From contig JAURAC010000025.1 in NCBI GenBank assembly GCA_030586555.1, forward strand, positions 1-49,944: a stretch of DNA of 49,944 nt, read 5' to 3'. The notes under the pieces were generated by a model. It had not been told where the DNA came from, did no database searches, and was given only the letters and a program-made list of their open reading frames with translations. This stretch comes from Candidatus Subterrananammoxibius californiae. Its GTDB lineage: Bacteria; Planctomycetota; Brocadiia; Brocadiales; Subterrananammoxibiaceae. Each line of letters starts with the position of its first letter. Positions within the stretch are counted from its first letter, which is position 1. The translations under genes were made by a program, and so were the position numbers. Below, piece after piece: positions 45,633 through 49,944 of this stretch.

Positions 45633-46640
45633 CTACTTTTTGGCAGGTTTAGTCTTGACCAAATGCTTGTATTTCTCAAAATAATCTACATCCGGGTATG
45701 CCCTACTAAACCACCCTCTAAACTTCTTATCCACGAAAAATAAAGACGCTCCAAGAAAATTAGTACCACTTTTGAAATCTTTCGGCTTTTCAAGACAGAG
45801 TTCCCAAACGGCTTTTTCAGCAGCCATTACAATGTCGTCAATATCTTGCAAACTTTTATATTTAGAACGTTCCAGTGTTGACGCCAAATCGGCATGTAAA
45901 GACATGTTAAACTTAAAGTCTGGGAATTTCCATCTTGTATAAGCCTCCAAGGTGTCGTAATTGACAGGGAGACGAAGGAAGCTACTCATATCGCTATCAC
46001 CTATCTGCAGTAACTCTCCTACATAACCGCCCCTCTTTTCTCGGAAATTTTCAACTACATCTTGTGCAATTTCAAGCAAGGAAGCTACACTATTAAAGTC
46101 ACGCCTAAGTTTCTCAGGTATTGAGTCCTCGTCCTTCTTGTACTCAAGGTGGTGACTTATTATTGCCCATGCGTCCTGTAGTACGGTCCTTACCTGTATT
46201 TCACACTTTAGCCCATGTAAACCGTCATAGTGAGGCCCTGAATATCCATTGCCTAACTCAACAATAAATTGCTTGTCCTGATAGCCCATCTTGTCTGTAC
46301 CTAAGCCATCGCGCTTGTCTTCCTCTTTAATTACCGTAAATTCAGAGCGGATAATTTCCCCAACCTTTTGTAAATCTGATTCGTATAAACAGACGACACG
46401 TACACCTGCAAGGTCTTCAGTTTCTTTTAGTGGATCTTTGTAAGATTTTCTCACACTTTTCTCAAGGAATTTTTCAACATCTTTTGCTCGATAGGTGACT
46501 GGCGCTATTGGTATGCGTTCGGACTCTAATTTCTCATTTATAGCAAAGTGGATTTCGTTTGCCAATTTTTCGTACCTTGGTCGTAGCTCTCGGTACTTTG
46601 CCGCATATTCTGACAGATTTTCTTCACTTTTCACACCCAT
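45633..46640 (-). CDS. RelA/SpoT synthetase-domain protein (small alarmone synthetase-like) with C-terminal extension
   Basis: RAK...EK, DLAGVRVV, GY, EIQVRTVLQDAWA..SH..EYK. Confidence 0.88.
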   Translation of the reverse strand: MGVKSEENLSEYAAKYRELRPRYEKLANEIHFAINEKLESERIPIAPVTYRAKDVEKFLEKSVRKSYKDPLKETEDLAGVRVVCLYESDLQKVGEIIRSEFTVIKEEDKRDGLGTDKMGYQDKQFIVELGNGYSGPHYDGLHGLKCEIQVRTVLQDAWAIISHHLEYKKDEDSIPEKLRRDFNSVASLLEIAQDVVENFREKRGGYVGELLQIGDSDMSSFLRLPVNYDTLEAYTRWKFPDFKFNMSLHADLASTLERSKYKSLQDIDDIVMAAEKAVWELCLEKPKDFKSGTNFLGASLFFVDKKFRGWFSRAYPDVDYFEKYKHLVKTKPAKK

Positions 46641-46661
46641 AAATATTAGCTTCCTCTTTAT

Positions 46662-46803
46662 AGATTCTTCGCTTCGCTTAGAGTGACAAGTAAGGCGGGT
46701 GGCATGGACAAACTTTGATTGTCCATGTTCCCCTTAGCTATGCACGGACAAACGAGTTTGTCCATGCCACCCAGCCAGTAGGACGGACATTCCTGTCTGT
46801 CGG
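46662..46803. repeat. Intergenic cluster of palindromic elements
   Basis: agattcttcgcttcgcttagagtgaca; inverted pair gggtggcatggacaaac...gtttgtccatgccaccc; gtaggacggacattcctgtctgtc. Confidence 0.85.
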
Positions 46804-48771
46804 CTATAATTCCAATCCCGCCTTTGTCCCCTCGGCAATTGCCTCAAGGGCGGTGCGGGGCTCAAGGGCATCGCCGACTACGTACACATCTTTTACTATC
46901 TCTTTAAGTGGTTCGACAAGGGCGTTGTCTGACTTGTGTTCTGATGCCATGACGATTGAGTCAAATCCATTAAGCGTTTCGTTATCCTGTTGTCTTCTAC
47001 TCACGACCACAGAGTCTTTCCCCACCTCCACAACCTTTGCGCTGAGGTGTATCTTCACGCCTGCCTTCTTGAGTCTTTCGCCGACATGATAACGTGGATG
47101 ACCGACCAGTCCCATGCCGAGCATCCTTTTCATTTCGATTATCGTTACATTTTTACCTATGGAGGCAAGGAAGTCTGCCAGTTCGCAACCCTCTGGTCCT
47201 CCGCCTATAATCGCCACATTCTGCCCCATCTCGTCAGACCTCAAAAAAGCCTGCCTTACACCCAAAAGACTATTATTTTCAACTCCCGGTATGTTCAGGA
47301 AAGTTTCTTTAGAGCCGGTTGCAACTATGACCGCATCTGGGACAAGCCCTTTGACGGATTCTAACGTTGCCTCTTTACCACATTCTATACTTACTCCAGA
47401 TTTTTCTACCTGACTGATGAGGTAGTCAAGCTGTTTCCTCATAGGTTCTTTTTTAGGCGCCATTGCGGCGTAACGATATGTACCGCCCAATTCGCTTTCC
47501 CTCTCCCATAGCGTAACCTCATGCCCTCTTTGAGCCGCTTTCGCTGCGGCTGAAAGCCCAGCAGGACCACCACCTATCACGAGCACCTTCTTAGAGTTGA
47601 GAGTTGAGAGTTGAGAGTCGAGAGCTTCGAGTTCCGATTCTCTACCTATATCAGGATTGATTGTACATATAAGCCTATCCTGAATTATACTTTCAATACA
47701 GCGATTACACGAACCGCAGGGCTTTATATCATCTAATCTGTTCTCTTTAACCTTATTTGGCAACTCAGAGTCAGCAATCAAGGCGCGGCCCATTGTAACC
47801 AAATCAGCCTTATTTTCTTGCAATATATCTTCGGCAAGCTCAGGGCTCATTATCCTGCCAACGGCTATCACCGGGACATTTACGGCGGATTTAATGCCTT
47901 CAGCGAGGGAGACGAAACACCCTTCCTCAAGGTAGTAGCATGGGATATTGTAAAATGCAGACGTGCTATTACAGGCAGAGGCATGTATGGCGCTGGCGCC
48001 AGCTTTCTCGAGGATTTTTGCAATTTCCTTGCTTTCCTCAAGTCTTAGACCCGTCTCAGTATATTCATCAACACTAATTCTGCATATTACTGGATAATCC
48101 TGTGGCACCCTCTCTCTTATACATTCTACAATCTCCCTCGCAAATCTTGTGCGTCTCTGTGTGTCACCGCCATACGCATCATTTCTAAGGTTTGTTTCAG
48201 GAGAGAGAAACTGGTTAACCAGATAGCCATGCGCCATGTGTATTTCAACACCGTCAGCGCCTGCCGTAAGTACCCTTTTAGCGCCATCAGCAAATTTTTT
48301 TACAATCTCAGGGATTTCCTCAACCCTGAGTTCTCGTGGCATCTGCCTTGTAATAGGACTGGGGATGGCGGATGGCGCAACAGCCTGCTGACCTGTAAAA
48401 CGAGACAAAGCCTCCTTCCCTGCATGGCTCAACTGTATCACTACTCGTGCCTTAGGCAGATTCGCCGTGGCGAACTTCCCGCCGCAATCATGTATGGCAT
48501 CAACAAGCCTTTTAAGCCCTGGGATATATTTATCATCAAAGATGCACAGCATACCATCGTTAATCTTCCCGGCAAGGTCTACGGCTGTATTCTCGATGGT
48601 AATATACCCGACGCCTCCTTTTGCCCTTGCACGGTAGTATGAGATCAGTTCGTCTGTAACAAAGCCCTCCTTATCACACAGGTGCGTTTCCATAGCAGGC
48701 ATAACAATCCTGTTCTTAAGCTCCATCGAGCCAATCTTAAATGGACTAAATAACTTTTGAAATTGTGTCAT
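46804..48771 (-). CDS. NADH:flavin oxidoreductase (old yellow enzyme plus FAD domain, FadH/BaiCD-like)
   Basis: LKNRIVMPAM, QLSHAG, EIHMAHGYLVNQFLSP, CxxCxxC-C cluster, IGGGPAG. Confidence 0.93.
   Translation of the reverse strand: MTQFQKLFSPFKIGSMELKNRIVMPAMETHLCDKEGFVTDELISYYRARAKGGVGYITIENTAVDLAGKINDGMLCIFDDKYIPGLKRLVDAIHDCGGKFATANLPKARVVIQLSHAGKEALSRFTGQQAVAPSAIPSPITRQMPRELRVEEIPEIVKKFADGAKRVLTAGADGVEIHMAHGYLVNQFLSPETNLRNDAYGGDTQRRTRFAREIVECIRERVPQDYPVICRISVDEYTETGLRLEESKEIAKILEKAGASAIHASACNSTSAFYNIPCYYLEEGCFVSLAEGIKSAVNVPVIAVGRIMSPELAEDILQENKADLVTMGRALIADSELPNKVKENRLDDIKPCGSCNRCIESIIQDRLICTINPDIGRESELEALDSQLSTLNSKKVLVIGGGPAGLSAAAKAAQRGHEVTLWERESELGGTYRYAAMAPKKEPMRKQLDYLISQVEKSGVSIECGKEATLESVKGLVPDAVIVATGSKETFLNIPGVENNSLLGVRQAFLRSDEMGQNVAIIGGGPEGCELADFLASIGKNVTIIEMKRMLGMGLVGHPRYHVGERLKKAGVKIHLSAKVVEVGKDSVVVSRRQQDNETLNGFDSIVMASEHKSDNALVEPLKEIVKDVYVVGDALEPRTALEAIAEGTKAGLEL
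47593..47627. repeat. Intragenic heptamer array (agagttg)
   Basis: agagttg x3, agagtcg, agagctt; ALDSQLSTLNS in the interdomain linker. Confidence 0.85.
48448..48474. repeat. Two mini-hairpins in frame in the oxidoreductase
   Basis: tgccttaggca and ttcgccgtggcgaa; FATANLPKAR between GGK and VVIQLSHAG. Confidence 0.7.
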
Positions 48772-48791
48772 ATTTTATATTTCCCTTTTCT

Positions 48792-48875
48792 ACACACCCC
48801 TTAATCCCCTCTTGATAGAGGGGAAAGAGAGGTGCGTGCGTCCTCCCCTCTAATAAGAGGGGGTAGGGGGTGTGT
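48792..48875. repeat. Inverted pair of C/G-rich hairpins forming the mqnE tail and stop
   Basis: acacaccccttaatcccctcttgatagagggg ... cccctctaataagagggggtagggggtgtgt. Confidence 0.85.
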
Positions 48876-49944
48876 CGTCCGTATTACCTTTCTATAAAGC
48901 GTATCACGTTCAACAGGCTCACGCCCTGCCTCTTTAATTAATCCAACAAGTTCGTTAATCGTTAATGATTCGGGCGTATCAGCCCCTGCTGAGTGCGTAA
49001 TCCTCTCTTCAACCACAGTGCCATCAATATCGTCCACCCCAAAACTTAAGGACACCTGGGCTAATTTTACGCCAAGCATAATCCAGAATGCCTTAACATG
49101 GTCAAAATTGTCAAGCATCAAGCGGCCAATAGCAAGCGTCTTTAAATCGAGCATGGCAGTAGTTCCAGAAAGATTAGATAAGCCCGTGTTCTTGGGGTGA
49201 AATGCAAGAGGAATAAAGCTCATAAAACCGCCAGTAACGTCTTGCAGTTCCCGCAATTTAAGAAGATGATTTACCCTGTCTTCTGCAGTTTCTATGTGAC
49301 CATAGAGCATGGTTGCATTGCTTCTCAGTCCCAACTCGTGTGCATGGCGCATTACGTTAAGCCAGCCGTCTCCACTGAGTTTCTCAGGACAAACCTGTTC
49401 CCTTATTTGCGGCGAAAATACCTCTGCCCCACCACCTGGCAAAGAGCCAAGCCCAGCAACCTTTAGTTCCTTTAAAACATCTCGCACAGCCATTCCTGAA
49501 ACCTCTGCAAGATGTGCAATCTCTACAGCAGTGAAGGCTTGTAAATGTACCTCTGGATAGCGCTGGTGGAGTTTGCCAAGCATCTTTACATAATAGTCAA
49601 ACTTTAGCTCAGGATGAAGTCCGCCAACTATGTGAATCTCTGTAGGGGCAGGTTTTAAACCTGCCCCTGACCCGATAACCTCTGAAGCCTTCTCAAGTAT
49701 TTCCTCCACCCCCATTACATAAGCCCCATCCTCACCCTTATCCCGACTGAAAGCACAGAACTTGCACCTGTTCTTGCAGATATTCGTGTAGTTTATATGG
49801 CGATTAATGATATAATACACCTTGTTCCCATTCTTCCTCTCACGCACAATATTAGCAAGATGCCCTATTGTGTGGATATCCTGTAAGCAGAATAGCCTTA
49901 CCCCGTCCTCGAAACCAAGGCGCTCTCCACGTTCTACCTTTGCA
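48801..49944 (-). CDS. mqnE: Aminofutalosine synthase (radical SAM), 5' end outside the window
   Basis: NRHINYTNICKNRCKFCAF, EIHIVGGLHP, SLPGGGAE, FIPLAFHP, DIDGTVVEERITHSAGA; frame open to the window end. Confidence 0.92.
   Translation of the reverse strand, partial: AKVERGERLGFEDGVRLFCLQDIHTIGHLANIVRERKNGNKVYYIINRHINYTNICKNRCKFCAFSRDKGEDGAYVMGVEEILEKASEVIGSGAGLKPAPTEIHIVGGLHPELKFDYYVKMLGKLHQRYPEVHLQAFTAVEIAHLAEVSGMAVRDVLKELKVAGLGSLPGGGAEVFSPQIREQVCPEKLSGDGWLNVMRHAHELGLRSNATMLYGHIETAEDRVNHLLKLRELQDVTGGFMSFIPLAFHPKNTGLSNLSGTTAMLDLKTLAIGRLMLDNFDHVKAFWIMLGVKLAQVSLSFGVDDIDGTVVEERITHSAGADTPESLTINELVGLIKEAGREPVERDTLYRKVIRTTHPLPPLIRGEDARTSLSPLSRGD
49642..49668. repeat. GTAG-type REP-like palindrome in mqnE
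   Basis: gtaggggcaggttttaaacctgcccct; GAGLKPAPT immediately before EIHIVGG. Confidence 0.9.

Noticed and set aside
46662..46803. CRISPR array or attC integron cassette sites
   Set aside because: No regularly spaced identical repeats with unique spacers, no cas or intI gene, and no consistent attC core sites recognised
1..49944. tRNA, rRNA, riboswitch (including cobalamin) or intact IS/prophage
   Set aside because: None recognisable by eye; intergenic spaces are short and no transposase or integrase ORF is present; an Infernal/Rfam scan would be needed to exclude ncRNAs

Overview
AT-rich bacterial chromosomal segment. Gene content is compatible with an anaerobe such as a Brocadiia-type planctomycete, but the taxonomy is only a guess. 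The core (about 4.6-41.4 kb) is a divergently transcribed cell-envelope modification locus. It has 7 cobalamin-binding radical SAM enzymes, 1 SPASM/twitch radical SAM, 4 class I methyltransferases, 5 GT2 enzymes, 6 membrane GT-C-type proteins (including GT87-TolB and TMTC-like/TPR fusions), a Wzx-like flippase and a nucleotidyltransferase, but no recognisable nucleotide-sugar synthesis or polymerase genes. The flanks carry housekeeping genes (dapF, a truA remnant, mtaB, mqnE, a flavin oxidoreductase) interleaved with small toxin-antitoxin/defence-type cassettes (HEPN-MNT, PaREP1, DUF4258-YgiT, TIR, HicAB, AF2212-PIN, RelA/SpoT). Three cassettes are bracketed by direct repeats, two of which duplicate host gene ends. 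The most striking signal is sub-genic: more than 20 short palindromic or heptamer-repeat elements from several families sit in frame inside protein-coding genes, including dapF, mtaB and mqnE. Some have matching intergenic copies, some are nested, and one has an empty site visible in a paralogue within the window.
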